59,583 nucleotides of DNA from an uncultured Gemmatimonadota bacterium (GTDB taxonomy: Bacteria; Gemmatimonadota; Gemmatimonadetes; Gemmatimonadales; Gemmatimonadaceae). Of the stretch, positions 17,875 to 27,046 are shown in pieces (the first letter of the stretch is position 1; every line of letters starts with the position of its first letter). Location of the stretch: NCBI GenBank assembly GCA_937867645.1, contig CALMKE010000073.1, positions 1-59,583 on the forward strand, read 5' to 3'. Position numbers and translations under genes: made by a program. Under the pieces are notes generated by a model. It was not told the origin of the DNA and ran no database searches. It saw nothing but the letters and a program-made list of their open reading frames with translations.

Positions 17875-19608
17875 TTAGGTGCCCCAAATGGCAGAAGGGC
17901 GCTGAAGATGGAAAGCAGTGGCTCGCTGGTAGGCGCCAGCCACCGCCATCAGCGGCCCTTCTCCGAACAAAGCGCCGAGGAAAGTCAGCGAAACGGGTGT
18001 GCCGTCGGGCCGGAACCCGTGCGGCAGAATCACCGCCGGGTGGCCGGTGAGGTTGGTCGCGACGAGCTGCGGAAATCCGGCCACCGACGTCGGCGTCACG
18101 ATCACGTCCACGGTGTCGAACAGCTTCGCCCATTCGCTGATCGCGCGTGACCGCAGCCGGTTCGCGTTGATGTAGTCCACGGCGGGAATGAAACGGGCGG
18201 TGCGAAAGGTGTTCGCCCAGTCGTTCCGCGTCTGCTGCACGAGCTCGTCGTCCCGGTTCGAGCGCGTGAGCGAATCGAATGCCGCCGCGGCTTCGGCGGT
18301 GAGGATGATCCGCATCGAGTCGTAGGCGAGCTGGGGCATCTCGACCGGGGTCAGATTGACGCCCAGGCCGCGCAGCACGTCCAGCGCCGCGTCATCGAAC
18401 GTCTTGGTGCCGTGCAGAGTCCGCTCGCGATTCGCCGCGTCGATCTCCGGCACGTCGAACGCGCTCTTGAAATAGCCCACGCGCACGCTCGCCGCGCGCA
18501 GCCGCGGATCCGCGACGAACGGCGGCGCGATCGCGCTCGCGTCCATTCCGTCCGCGCCGCTGATCGCTTCGAGAACCAGAGCGCAGTCCTCCACGCTGCG
18601 GCAGATCGGTCCGAGCTTGTCCATGCTCCACGACAGGGCCATCGCTCCGGTCTTGGGAACCCGGCCGTACGTGGGACGCAGCCCGGTGACTCCGCAGCGC
18701 GTGGAAGGCGAAGAGATCGAGCCGAGCGTCTCGCTGCCGATGGCGAACGCCACGAGCCCGGCGGCTGTCGCGGCGGCGGGGCCGGCGGACGATCCGCTCG
18801 ATCCCTGATCCAGCTTCCATGGATTGCGCGTCATCCCGCCGAACCACACGTCGCCCTGCGCGAGCTCGCCGAGGGAAAGCTTGGCGAGCAGGACCGCGCC
18901 CGCCGCGTCCAGCCGCCGTACCACCGTGGCGTCTTCGTCTATGACCTGATCGCGGTACGGACCCGCGCCCCAGGTCGTCTTGTAGCCGCGCACGGCGAGC
19001 AGGTCCTTCGCTCCCCACGGGATTCCGTGCAGCGGGCCGCGATAGCGTCCGCGCGCCAGCTCCGCGTCGGCCGCGCGCGCCTGCGCGAGCGCGCGTTCTT
19101 CAGTGAGCGTGATCACGGAGTGCAACGACGGATCGATCCGCCTGATCCGCGCGAGATACATCTGCGTGAGCTGCGTGGAGGTGATCCGCCGCGCGCGCAG
19201 AAGCGCGCCCAGATCCGCGAGAGACGCGAACGCGAGCTCTTCCAGGTTGCGCGGCACCGCGGGAATCCGTGTTCGGGCTGGTGGCGTGCGCCGGGGCTCG
19301 GGCGGGACCGCTTTCCCCGGCGGGAGCGGATTGAACGTGAGCACGGGCGATTCGCCGTTCGCGAGCTCGATCGCGTGCAGCGCGCGGATCCGCGCCTCGT
19401 TCGTGCGAAGGTTCGACACCATCATCTCGCGCTCGTCGTCGTCGAAGCTGAGTCCGGCGATCTCCTCCGCGCACTTTACCGTTGCCGCCGTGATCTCGGC
19501 GCCGGCCGCCACCTGCGCCCACAGCACGCCGGGAAGCAGCGTCGAGCCCAGCCCCGCGGCGGCGAAGTACTCCATGAACGCGCGCCGGTCGTACGTCTGC
19601 TCAGTCAC
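17875..19608 (-). CDS. Amidase-signature family amidase with Tat signal peptide
   Basis: 577 aa. The twin-arginine motif is DRRAFMEYFAAAGLG. The amidase-signature region is GGMTRNPW...DQGSSGSSAGPAAATAAG. GGAGG lies 5 nt upstream of the GTG start. Confidence 0.85.
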   Translation of the reverse strand: MTEQTYDRRAFMEYFAAAGLGSTLLPGVLWAQVAAGAEITAATVKCAEEIAGLSFDDDEREMMVSNLRTNEARIRALHAIELANGESPVLTFNPLPPGKAVPPEPRRTPPARTRIPAVPRNLEELAFASLADLGALLRARRITSTQLTQMYLARIRRIDPSLHSVITLTEERALAQARAADAELARGRYRGPLHGIPWGAKDLLAVRGYKTTWGAGPYRDQVIDEDATVVRRLDAAGAVLLAKLSLGELAQGDVWFGGMTRNPWKLDQGSSGSSAGPAAATAAGLVAFAIGSETLGSISSPSTRCGVTGLRPTYGRVPKTGAMALSWSMDKLGPICRSVEDCALVLEAISGADGMDASAIAPPFVADPRLRAASVRVGYFKSAFDVPEIDAANRERTLHGTKTFDDAALDVLRGLGVNLTPVEMPQLAYDSMRIILTAEAAAAFDSLTRSNRDDELVQQTRNDWANTFRTARFIPAVDYINANRLRSRAISEWAKLFDTVDVIVTPTSVAGFPQLVATNLTGHPAVILPHGFRPDGTPVSLTFLGALFGEGPLMAVAGAYQRATAFHLQRPSAIWGT

Positions 19609-19626
19609 TTTATCCTCCGATGAGGA

Positions 19627-20073
19627 CTACGGGTGAAGCATCTCCACGTGCGGAATGTCGTCTTCGATGAACTCGTGGCCGACTGATTCGAATCCGAGCG
19701 AGCGATAGAAGCGCTCGGCCCATTTCTGCGCGCCGATGCGAACTCCGGCCCCCGGGTAGTACTGCGCCGCGCCGCGCAGCCCCTCGGCCATGAGCTCTCG
19801 CCCGAGACCGGTGCGGCGCACGCTGGGATGCGTGATCACGCGGCCGATCGAAGGCTCGGCGTACTTCACTCCCGGCTCGACGAGCCGCAGATAGGCGACC
19901 ATCAGGCCGGTGTCGTCCCGCTTGTAAAGGTGCCGCGACCGCCGGTCCACGCCGTCGGCGTCGAGGTACGCGCAGTTCTGCTCGACGACGAATACCGTCT
20001 GGCGCAGCACGAAGATGTTGTACAGCTCATCCGCGCTGAGCTCGTGGAACGAGCGCCAGACCCAGCCCGGCAT
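19627..20073 (-). CDS. GNAT-family N-acetyltransferase (ElaA-like)
   Basis: 148 aa. The N-terminal F.ELS..ELY.I..LR..VFVVEQNC.Y.D.DG.D pattern is typical of ElaA-type GNATs. An acetyl-CoA motif RRTGLGRELM is present. Confidence 0.8.
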   Translation of the reverse strand: MPGWVWRSFHELSADELYNIFVLRQTVFVVEQNCAYLDADGVDRRSRHLYKRDDTGLMVAYLRLVEPGVKYAEPSIGRVITHPSVRRTGLGRELMAEGLRGAAQYYPGAGVRIGAQKWAERFYRSLGFESVGHEFIEDDIPHVEMLHP

Positions 20074-20078
20074 CGCCG

Positions 20079-21530
20079 CTAGGCCTGGCCGGCGGACTTG
20101 CTGAACGCTTCCTCGCCGTCGAACTCCTGCAGCTTCTCGACGTGCATCCAGCGCAGCTCCGTGGTCAGCCGCTGCAGCAGGTCCAGCAGCTGCGCGTCAT
20201 CCACGTCCTTGCCTCCGGCGCGCGACACGAAACGGCAGCGATAGTGATCCACGAGGCCGACCTTGGCTTCGACCTCGGGATACACCGCCGTTCCGCGGTT
20301 CGCGATCCCCGCGAGCTTCAGCGAAGAATCCGCCACGAGTCCCTCGACTTTGCGGCCGAGCTCGCCCGGCATGAGGAGCGACTCCACGAACACGTCCGCG
20401 CCCACGACGCGGCGCGACTTCGGCTCCACGCGCTCCACGGATTCGACGAGCGGCGGGACCTTGAAGTGGCCGTGCTCGCGCTCGGCGACGTGGATACAGC
20501 GCTTGCCGAGGTTCGCGATCACTTCGTCCGCGAAGCCCGTCGTGCTCGTGGGCGTTCCGGTCCCCAGCATGTCGCGCGTGTGCACGCCCTGCTCGAAGGT
20601 GCAGACCACCGCGTGCTCGATGGCGCTCGCCGCCTGTGGCTCGCCGATGTGGCGCAGCATCATCGCCGCGCTGAAGATGATCGCGGTCGGATTCGCGATG
20701 TTCTGCCCGGCGATGTCCGGCGCGGAGCCGTGGACCGCCTCGAAGATGGCCACGCGGCTGCCGATGTTCGCCGACGGCGCGAAGCCGAGCCCGCCGGTGA
20801 GCCCCGAGGTGAGATCGCTGAGGATGTCGCCGTTCATGTTCGTCGTGACGATCACGTCGAACTGCTCGGGCCGCATCGCGAGCTGATGGGCGCAGTTGTC
20901 CACGAGAATGTGCTTCGCCTGAATCTTCGGGTACTCCGGGGCGATGTCCTCGAACGCGTGCTGCAGCATTCCCTCGGTGAGCTTCATGATGTTCGCCTTG
21001 GTGGCGCAGTGCACGACGCCCCTCCCCTCGGCGACCGCGAATTCGAACGCGAGCCGTACGATCTTCTCGCAGCCGTTGCGCGAGATGAGCTTGAGACACT
21101 GCGCCACGCCGGGCGTCTGCATGTGCTCGACGCCGGAATACAGGTCTTCGACGTTCTCCCGCACGATGACGATGTCGAGGTTGCGATCGCTGTAGGGCGT
21201 CTTCACGCCCGGGAGCGTGCGCACCGGCCGGATGTTGCCGAAGGTCTCGAACAGCTTGCGGAGCGTGACGTTGGCGCTCTTGGCGCCGTACCCGATCGGC
21301 GTCTCGAGCGGTCCCTTGAGGAGCACGCCGGTGCGGGTCACGGAGTCGATCGTTTCCTGGGGGACGCCGGTGGCGTTGCCTTTCGCGAAAACCCTGGCGC
21401 CGGCCTCGCACTCATCTATTTGAAGCTTGATCCCGGCGGCCTCGACCACCCGGAGAGCCGCCTTGACGACCTCGGGGCCGATCCCGTCGCCGGGTATCAC
21501 GGTGACATGTTTGCCAGTTGATGCGCTCAT
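20079..21530 (-). CDS. icd: Isocitrate dehydrogenase (isocitrate/isopropylmalate dehydrogenase family, long form with C-terminal extension)
   Basis: 483 aa. Family strings include VTVIPGDGIGPEV, NIRPV, DIVIVRENVEDLYSG and GSAPDIAGQNIANP. The C-terminal extension of about 140 aa resembles long-form bacterial IDHs. Confidence 0.85.
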   Translation of the reverse strand: MSASTGKHVTVIPGDGIGPEVVKAALRVVEAAGIKLQIDECEAGARVFAKGNATGVPQETIDSVTRTGVLLKGPLETPIGYGAKSANVTLRKLFETFGNIRPVRTLPGVKTPYSDRNLDIVIVRENVEDLYSGVEHMQTPGVAQCLKLISRNGCEKIVRLAFEFAVAEGRGVVHCATKANIMKLTEGMLQHAFEDIAPEYPKIQAKHILVDNCAHQLAMRPEQFDVIVTTNMNGDILSDLTSGLTGGLGFAPSANIGSRVAIFEAVHGSAPDIAGQNIANPTAIIFSAAMMLRHIGEPQAASAIEHAVVCTFEQGVHTRDMLGTGTPTSTTGFADEVIANLGKRCIHVAEREHGHFKVPPLVESVERVEPKSRRVVGADVFVESLLMPGELGRKVEGLVADSSLKLAGIANRGTAVYPEVEAKVGLVDHYRCRFVSRAGGKDVDDAQLLDLLQRLTTELRWMHVEKLQEFDGEEAFSKSAGQA

Positions 21531-21557
21531 GGGGCAAACTTAATCGTCCCGCGCGCG

Positions 21558-21586
21558 TTGATTCCACGCCCCCTAACCGCTACTAT
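21558..21586 (+). promoter_or_regulatory. Sigma-70-type promoter for tRNA-Arg
   Basis: TTGATT (21558-21563), a 17-nt spacer and TACTAT (21581-21586) lie about 25 nt upstream of the tRNA 5' end. Confidence 0.5.
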
Positions 21587-21611
21587 GAGAGTCCCTTCCC
21601 GTCCGATCCTC

Positions 21612-21685
21612 GCGCGCGTAGCTCAGTTGGATAGAGCGTCTGCCTCCGGAGCAGAAGGTCGTGGGTTCGAGTCCCGCCGCGCGCA
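21612..21685 (+). tRNA. tRNA-Arg (anticodon CCG)
   Basis: The acceptor is gcgcgcg/cgcgcgc and the D-arm is gctc-agttggata-gagc. The anticodon stem tctgc/gcaga has loop ctCCGga. The T-arm is gtggg-ttcgagt-cccgc and the discriminator is A. Total length is 74 nt. Confidence 0.95.
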
Positions 21686-21737
21686 CTTGGAAACCCCAGC
21701 CAGCAGCAATCAGCCAGCGGCTAGCGGCAGGCGCATA

Positions 21738-22628
21738 TTGCGCGCCCTGCTCCTCGTCGCTGCCTTCGGCGCACCGGCTGCATCCGCGTCGCAGGCCGCA
21801 CCGGATACTTTCCGGCCCGACACCGCCCGCCTGCGCCGCACTCTGGACTCTCTCGTCCAGGCGCACCACGGCACGGTCGGCTACAGCGTGGTGGACCTCG
21901 AGACCGGCGACAGGCTGAGCGCGCGCGGCGACGAGACGTTCCCCACCGCGAGCCTGATCAAGGTTCCCATTCTCGTCACCGTTTACGATCTCTACGCGAA
22001 AGGGCAGCTGTCGCCGGACGATCCGCTCACTGTGCTGCGGATAGACAAGGTCCCCGGAACCGGGATTCTCCAGCACCTGCACGACGGAATGGCGATCACT
22101 GTCGGCGACGCGGCGTGGCTGATGGCCACCATCAGCGACAACACCGCCACGAATCTGCTGCTCGACCGCATCATCATCCGGCGCGTGTGGGACAAGATGG
22201 AATCGCTCGGGCTTCGCAACACCAAGGTTCACGCGAAATCGTTCCTCCGAAGCTCCAGCGTCGCGATGGACAGCTCGGTCAAGTACGGGCTCGGCGTCAC
22301 CACGCCGAACGAGATGGCGCGCCTCTTCGAGCTGCTTGCCGCGGGGAAGGCCGTGAGCCCGGCCGCGGATTCCGCCATGCTGCACACCCTCGAGAACGGG
22401 GATGACTACCGCTTCCTGCAGCGGTTCGCCGGCAACGCGCGCTCGGCCCGCAAGACGGGACTCGGCGACGCGGTGCGCACGGAGTGCTCGCTGTTCTACC
22501 TGCGGCACCGCGTGGTCGCGTGCGTCCTCACCAAGAACAACGTGGACAGAAGGTGGATCCTCGACAACGAGCCCAACCTGACGATGGCGCGGATGGGTGA
22601 GGCGATAGTGGCGGCGTGGCCGAAGTAA
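21738..22628 (+). CDS. Class A beta-lactamase-related serine hydrolase, secreted
   Basis: It carries the SxxK motif (ASLIK), the SDN motif (ISDNTATN) and a KTG motif (RKTGLGD). The track ORF start (21558) runs through tRNA-Arg. I place the start at TTG 21738, which gives the signal peptide (M)RALLLVAAFGAPAASASQA. The start remains uncertain. Confidence 0.75.
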   Translation: MRALLLVAAFGAPAASASQAAPDTFRPDTARLRRTLDSLVQAHHGTVGYSVVDLETGDRLSARGDETFPTASLIKVPILVTVYDLYAKGQLSPDDPLTVLRIDKVPGTGILQHLHDGMAITVGDAAWLMATISDNTATNLLLDRIIIRRVWDKMESLGLRNTKVHAKSFLRSSSVAMDSSVKYGLGVTTPNEMARLFELLAAGKAVSPAADSAMLHTLENGDDYRFLQRFAGNARSARKTGLGDAVRTECSLFYLRHRVVACVLTKNNVDRRWILDNEPNLTMARMGEAIVAAWPK

Positions 22629-23569
22629 CGCGCTGGCGCGAGCTGACCGTAGGACTGGTCGGCCTCGCGGCGATAGCCCTGATCATCCTCGCGGTCATGC
22701 TGTTCGCGCAGGTCGGCGGCATCCGCGGGAAGAAGGTCACGCTGTACGTCGCGGCGGACGAGACCGGAGGCCTGCTCGAGGGCGGCGACGTCTATCTCTC
22801 GGGCAAGAAGGTAGGAAAGATCAAGAGCGTTTCCTTCCGCCCGCCGTCCACGGACACGACCGAGCGGCTGCTGATCGAGACCGCGGTGCTGGAGCGCGCT
22901 CTGCCGCTGATCAGGAAAGACTCGCCCGTTCGCATCGGTCCGCTCGGCACTTTCCTCGGCACACCGGTGCTGGGTATCGCGGCGGGCTCTGCTTCGGCCC
23001 CGCCGGCCGAGCCGGGCGACACTCTGTACGCGGACCCGTTTCGAGCGTCCGAAGGAGCGATGGCGCAGCTGGCCGTAGTGGGACGCGACTTCGGCGCCCT
23101 CAAGGAAGAGTTCGCCGCGGTGATGGAGGACATGAAGACCGCCCGCGGGACGTTCGGCGCGATGGCGATCCAGGGACCGCGCGACATCGGACGCGTGGGC
23201 GCGGACTTCTCGCGGTTCAACGCGCGGCTCAGTCGCGGCGGCGGCACCGTCGCGTTGACGATGAACGATCCGAATTTCGGCGCGCGCTTCGCGTCGGTTC
23301 GAGCCAACGCCGACTCGATCGGCCTGCTGCTGGCGTCGGACCGCGGGAGCGTGGGCAAGTTCCGCCGGGACAAGACGCTCGGCGCCGCGGTTCAGGGCGT
23401 GCGCGACGAGGTCGCTGCGCTGCAACGAGCGCTGGAGGAAGCGCGCGGCACGGCCGGTCGCGCGATGAACGACAGCGCCGTGCAGGAGGAGCTGGCGGCG
23501 CTGCGCCGGCAACTGGACGAGCTCATGGCCGACATCAAGAAGAATCCCTTCCGGTACATCCGGCTCTAG
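22616..23569 (+). CDS. MlaD/MCE-domain protein with C-terminal coiled coil
   Basis: It has an N-terminal TM anchor (LTVGLVGLAAIALIILAVMLF) and an MCE-type core (LEGGDVYLSGKKVGKIKSVSF). The tail is helical. No MlaE or MlaF gene lies adjacent. Confidence 0.75.
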   Translation: MAEVTRWRELTVGLVGLAAIALIILAVMLFAQVGGIRGKKVTLYVAADETGGLLEGGDVYLSGKKVGKIKSVSFRPPSTDTTERLLIETAVLERALPLIRKDSPVRIGPLGTFLGTPVLGIAAGSASAPPAEPGDTLYADPFRASEGAMAQLAVVGRDFGALKEEFAAVMEDMKTARGTFGAMAIQGPRDIGRVGADFSRFNARLSRGGGTVALTMNDPNFGARFASVRANADSIGLLLASDRGSVGKFRRDKTLGAAVQGVRDEVAALQRALEEARGTAGRAMNDSAVQEELAALRRQLDELMADIKKNPFRYIRL

Positions 23570-23570
23570 C

Positions 23571-23599
23571 TTGACCCCGGCGCCGGGCCGACGTAGGTT
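23571..23599 (+). promoter_or_regulatory. Sigma-70-type promoter for rho
   Basis: TTGACC, a 17-nt spacer and TAGGTT follow immediately after the mlaD-like stop codon, about 108 nt upstream of the rho ATG. Confidence 0.45.
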
Positions 23600-23626
23600 C
23601 GGCGCTTCGGAGGCACTGAACGTGCT

Positions 23627-23688
23627 TCCTCCCCATTGTACCCCGCAGGACACTCCCCTCCGCACCGACTCTTCCCTCCCGATCTCCT
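23627..23688 (+). promoter_or_regulatory. C-rich, G-poor rho leader segment (rut-like)
   Basis: My hand count over these 62 nt gives 33 C and 7 G, in a genome where C and G are otherwise about equal. The segment is preceded by an 8-bp hairpin ggaggcac-tgaac-gtgcttcc. Confidence 0.5.
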
Positions 23689-23706
23689 GAGCGCCACGCG
23701 CTCGTC

Positions 23707-24984
23707 ATGACGACAATTCCCCCGCAGGTTGACATCTCCGACCTGAAGCGCAAGTCGGTCACCGAGCTGCAGCAGATGGCCGACGGGCTCGCGATCCCGA
23801 ACGTCGGCACGCTGCGCAAGCAGGAGCTCATCTTCCGTATCGAGCAGAGCCTGCTCGATACGCGGATCACGCTGCGAGGAGACGGCGTCATCGAGCTGCT
23901 GCCCGAAGGGTACGGCTTCCTGCGCAGCCAGAACTGGAATTACCTGGCCGGTCCCGACGACATCTACGTGTCGCCGTCCCAGATCAAGCGGTTCAACCTG
24001 CGCACCGGCGACAGCGTGTACGGCCAGGTGCGCCCGCCGAAGCCGTGGGAGAAGTACCTCGCGCTGCTGAAAGTCGAGCAGATCAACGGCAACGACCCGG
24101 AGCGCGCGAAGGACCGCGTGGCGTTCGACAACCTGCGCCCGAAGTACCCCGACGAGCGGCTGCGCCTGGAGACCAGGGACGGCGATCTCAGCATGCGGGT
24201 AGTGGACATCATCGCCCCGATCGGGAAGGGGCAGCGCGGGCTGATCGTGGCGCCGCCGCGCGCCGGCAAGACGATTCTCATAGAGAAGATCGCCAACGCG
24301 ATCGCCGAGAATCACCCCGAGGTCACCATAATCGTCCTGTTGATAGACGAGCGGCCCGAGGAAGTGACGGAGATGATCCAGACCGCGATCCGAGCGGAGG
24401 TGATCAGCTCCACTTTCGACGAGCCGGCGGACAGGCACGTGCAGGTCGCGGACATGGTGCTGGAGAAAGCGAAGCGGCTCGTGGAGCACGGCCGCGACGT
24501 GGTAGTGCTGCTCGATTCCATCACGCGGCTGGCGCGCGCGCACAACACAGTGGCGCCGCACTCCGGAAAGATCCTTTCCGGCGGAGTGGAAGCCACCGCG
24601 CTGCACAAGCCGAAGCGCTTTTTCGGCATGGCGCGCAACATCGAGGGCGGCGGGTCGCTCACGATTATAGCGAGCGCGCTCGTCGAGACGGGCTCGCGGA
24701 TGGACGACGTGATCTTCGAGGAGTTCAAGGGAACGGGCAACATGGAGCTGGTGCTCGACAGGAAGATCGCCGACCGGAGGATCTTTCCGGCGGTGGACAT
24801 CCTGAAATCGGGAACGCGAAAGGAGGAGCTGCTGCTGACGCAGGCGGAGATCAACCGCGTGTTTCTGCTCCGCAACTTCCTGTCGGACATGCCGGAAGCG
24901 GAGCAGATCGAGTTCCTGCTCAAGCAGATGAAGCGCACCAAGGACAACAAGGAGTTCTTCGTGCAGATGGCGCAGGGTGGCTGA
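23707..24984 (+). CDS. rho: Transcription termination factor Rho
   Basis: 425 aa. The N-terminal [15 protein letters not shown] helix and the RNA-binding region (RFNLRTGD) are present. Walker A is [15 protein letters not shown]. The C-terminal ...[10 protein letters not shown] is typical of Rho. Confidence 0.97.
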   Translation: MTTIPPQVDISDLKRKSVTELQQMADGLAIPNVGTLRKQELIFRIEQSLLDTRITLRGDGVIELLPEGYGFLRSQNWNYLAGPDDIYVSPSQIKRFNLRTGDSVYGQVRPPKPWEKYLALLKVEQINGNDPERAKDRVAFDNLRPKYPDERLRLETRDGDLSMRVVDIIAPIGKGQRGLIVAPPRAGKTILIEKIANAIAENHPEVTIIVLLIDERPEEVTEMIQTAIRAEVISSTFDEPADRHVQVADMVLEKAKRLVEHGRDVVVLLDSITRLARAHNTVAPHSGKILSGGVEATALHKPKRFFGMARNIEGGGSLTIIASALVETGSRMDDVIFEEFKGTGNMELVLDRKIADRRIFPAVDILKSGTRKEELLLTQAEINRVFLLRNFLSDMPEAEQIEFLLKQMKRTKDNKEFFVQMAQGG

Positions 24985-25003
24985 TACGCCGGAGGAAAAG
25001 CGC

Positions 25004-25426
25004 GTGATGGGCATAGACTACGGCGAGCGGAGGATCGGAATCGCGGTCAGCGATCCCTCCGCGATGATCGCGGCGCCCGCCGGGTTCATCGCGCGGCGGA
25101 GAGGAAAGCGCGTTCCCGTGAACGAGATCGTCGTGCGCGCGCGCGAGCTGGACGTGCGGGAGTTCGTGCTCGGGCTGCCGCTCGACGGTGACGGGAACGA
25201 GACCGGGCGCACCGCCGAAGTTCGCGCCCTCGCGCAGGAGCTGGAGAAGAGGACCGGACTGCCGACGCGCCTCGTGGACGAGCGGTTCACGACCGCGGCC
25301 GCGCTGCGAACGGTGCGCGAACTGGGCGGAAGCACCCGCGGCCGCAAAGGCGACGTGGACTCGCTGTCCGCGGCGATTCTCCTGCAGTACGCGCTCGACT
25401 CCGCGCCGCGGAGCGCCGACCCGTGA
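25004..25426 (+). CDS. ruvX: Holliday-junction resolvase-like nuclease RuvX (YqgF)
   Basis: (V)MGIDYGERRIGIAVSD is a YqgF-family N-terminus. GGAGG lies 8 nt upstream of GTG 25004 (an ATG follows at 25007). The track ORF start at 24977 overlaps the rho stop. Confidence 0.88.
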   Translation: MMGIDYGERRIGIAVSDPSAMIAAPAGFIARRRGKRVPVNEIVVRARELDVREFVLGLPLDGDGNETGRTAEVRALAQELEKRTGLPTRLVDERFTTAAALRTVRELGGSTRGRKGDVDSLSAAILLQYALDSAPRSADP

Positions 25427-26439
25427 TCCGGCTTCTGCTCCTGCTCGTGGCCGCGGCCGGCTGTTCCCGCCCGGAAGGGCCGCCGATTCGCGTGGTGATT
25501 CCGGAAGGATCCTCCATGCGCGTCGCCGCGGAATCGCTCGCCGCCGCGCGGCTGATCTCGACCGCGACCGGCTTCCGCCTGTACGGACGGATCGCCGGCA
25601 ACGACCGCGCGCTCAAGCCGGGGACGTACCTCATGAAGCGCGGGACACCCTGGCCGGAGATCATGAAAGCGCTGGTCGGCGGTCGTGGTCTCGTCCGGAG
25701 CGTCACGATCCCCGAGGGTCTCGCGGTGACCCAGATCGCCGAGCTCGTGGGCAAAGCGCTCGACGTGCCGCCGGAGGAGGTAATCGAGGCCGCGAAGGAC
25801 ACCGCGCTTCGTCGCCGGCTCGACGTTCCGACGCCGCTGCTCGAAGGCTATCTCTTCCCCGCGACCTACGCCTTTCCAGAGGGAACCGCGCCAGCCGTAG
25901 CCGTGAGCGAGATGGTGCGGCGCTTCGAGCAGGAGTGGGACCCGAAGTGGAACGCAAGGCTGACGGAGCTCGGGATGAGCAGGCACGACATCGTCACGCT
26001 CGCGTCCATCATCGAGGAAGAAGCAAAGCTGCCGCAGGAGCGTCCGGTCATCTCCGCGGTGTACCACAACAGGCTCAGGATCGGCATGGCGCTCCAGGCA
26101 GATCCCACCGTGCAGTACGCGCGCGGCGTGCACGCCGAACGCGTGACATTCAGGGACCTCGAGATAGACTCGCCTTACAACACGTACAAGTACCCCGGTC
26201 TTCCGCCGGGACCGATCTCATCCCCGGGCGGCGAGAGTCTGCGCGCCGCCTTGTTCCCGGCCAAAGCGGATTACCTGTACTTCGTCGCCTACCCCGACGG
26301 CCACCATGAATTCCGGCGCACGCTCGACGAGCACAACGCCGTCAGGGCGAGACTCCGCGCCGACAGTAATCGCCGCGCCGCAGCGCGGGCCGTTCCCGCG
26401 CCAACCGGCGCGCAGCCGCCTGCCCCGCGTAAGCGCTGA
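25423..26439 (+). CDS. mltG: Endolytic murein transglycosylase MltG (YceG family)
   Basis: It has an N-terminal membrane anchor. YceG strings are present: ASIIEEEAKLPQERPVISAVYHNRL and DSPYNTYKYPGLPPGPISSPG. A GTGA overlap joins it to the ruvX stop. Confidence 0.92.
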   Translation: MIRLLLLLVAAAGCSRPEGPPIRVVIPEGSSMRVAAESLAAARLISTATGFRLYGRIAGNDRALKPGTYLMKRGTPWPEIMKALVGGRGLVRSVTIPEGLAVTQIAELVGKALDVPPEEVIEAAKDTALRRRLDVPTPLLEGYLFPATYAFPEGTAPAVAVSEMVRRFEQEWDPKWNARLTELGMSRHDIVTLASIIEEEAKLPQERPVISAVYHNRLRIGMALQADPTVQYARGVHAERVTFRDLEIDSPYNTYKYPGLPPGPISSPGGESLRAALFPAKADYLYFVAYPDGHHEFRRTLDEHNAVRARLRADSNRRAAARAVPAPTGAQPPAPRKR

Positions 26440-27046
26440 AACGCTGCGGCTCGTCGCCGTAACGGCCGAGCCCGGCAAGGACCTGTCGCGTTGGGCGGGA
26501 CAGGTCGCGGCCGCGGTTCGCGGCGGCGCCACGATGGTGCAAGTGAGGGCGAAGGAAACGCCGGCGCGCGATCTGATCGAGATCGTCCGGCAGTTGGTGT
26601 CGTCGCTGCCAGTGCCCGTGATCGTTAACGACCGCGCGGACATCGCCATCATCGCCGGCGCGGCGGGCGTGCACCTCGGCGCGGACGATCTCCCGGTTGA
26701 CGCGGTCCGCGCTTTCGCCGTGCCGTCGTTCATCATCGGCGCCTCGCTCGGATCGAGCGCGGAGCTGGAGTCGGCGCGCGAAGCCGATTACGTGGGAATC
26801 GGGCCCGCGTTCGTCACGGCTTCCAAGTCGGACGCGGGCCGCCCGCTCTCCTTCGAGGAGATAGCGGCGTTGGAGCGAATGGCCGGCGCGCCGGCCGTTG
26901 CCATCGGAGGAATTTCCGCCGCGAACGCCGGGGAGTTGCTGGCGCGCTGTCCGAGACTCGCGGGAGTGGCCGCGCTCAGCTCGCTGTTCGGCGCCGACGA
27001 CGTGGAGAGCGCCGCGCGGGCTTTGCGGGCCGCCAGCGGAAGATGA
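26306..27046 (+). CDS. thiE: Thiamine-phosphate synthase
   Basis: ThiE strings are present: GGATMVQVRAKE, VIVNDRADIAIIAGAAGVHLGADDL, YVGIGPAFVTASK and AIGGI. The only canonical start in frame is the ATG at 26306, 134 nt inside mltG. The conserved domain begins near 26444, so the true start is unresolved. Confidence 0.8.
   Translation: MNSGARSTSTTPSGRDSAPTVIAAPQRGPFPRQPARSRLPRVSAETLRLVAVTAEPGKDLSRWAGQVAAAVRGGATMVQVRAKETPARDLIEIVRQLVSSLPVPVIVNDRADIAIIAGAAGVHLGADDLPVDAVRAFAVPSFIIGASLGSSAELESAREADYVGIGPAFVTASKSDAGRPLSFEEIAALERMAGAPAVAIGGISAANAGELLARCPRLAGVAALSSLFGADDVESAARALRAASGR

Noticed and set aside
21558-21737. N-terminal extension of the beta-lactamase-like ORF
   Set aside because: The extension reads straight through tRNA-Arg (21612-21685) and its promoter. 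The signal peptide begins only after 21738.
23566-25014. 482-aa minus-strand ORF
   Set aside because: It is antisense to rho, which is unambiguous, and has no motifs. The same reasoning applies to 25018-26133 (antisense to ruvX/mltG) and 26342-27373 (antisense to thiE).
26250-26450. TPP riboswitch upstream of thiE
   Set aside because: There is no intergenic space because the region is mltG coding sequence. I see no TPP-aptamer-like CUGAGA / ACCUGA elements.
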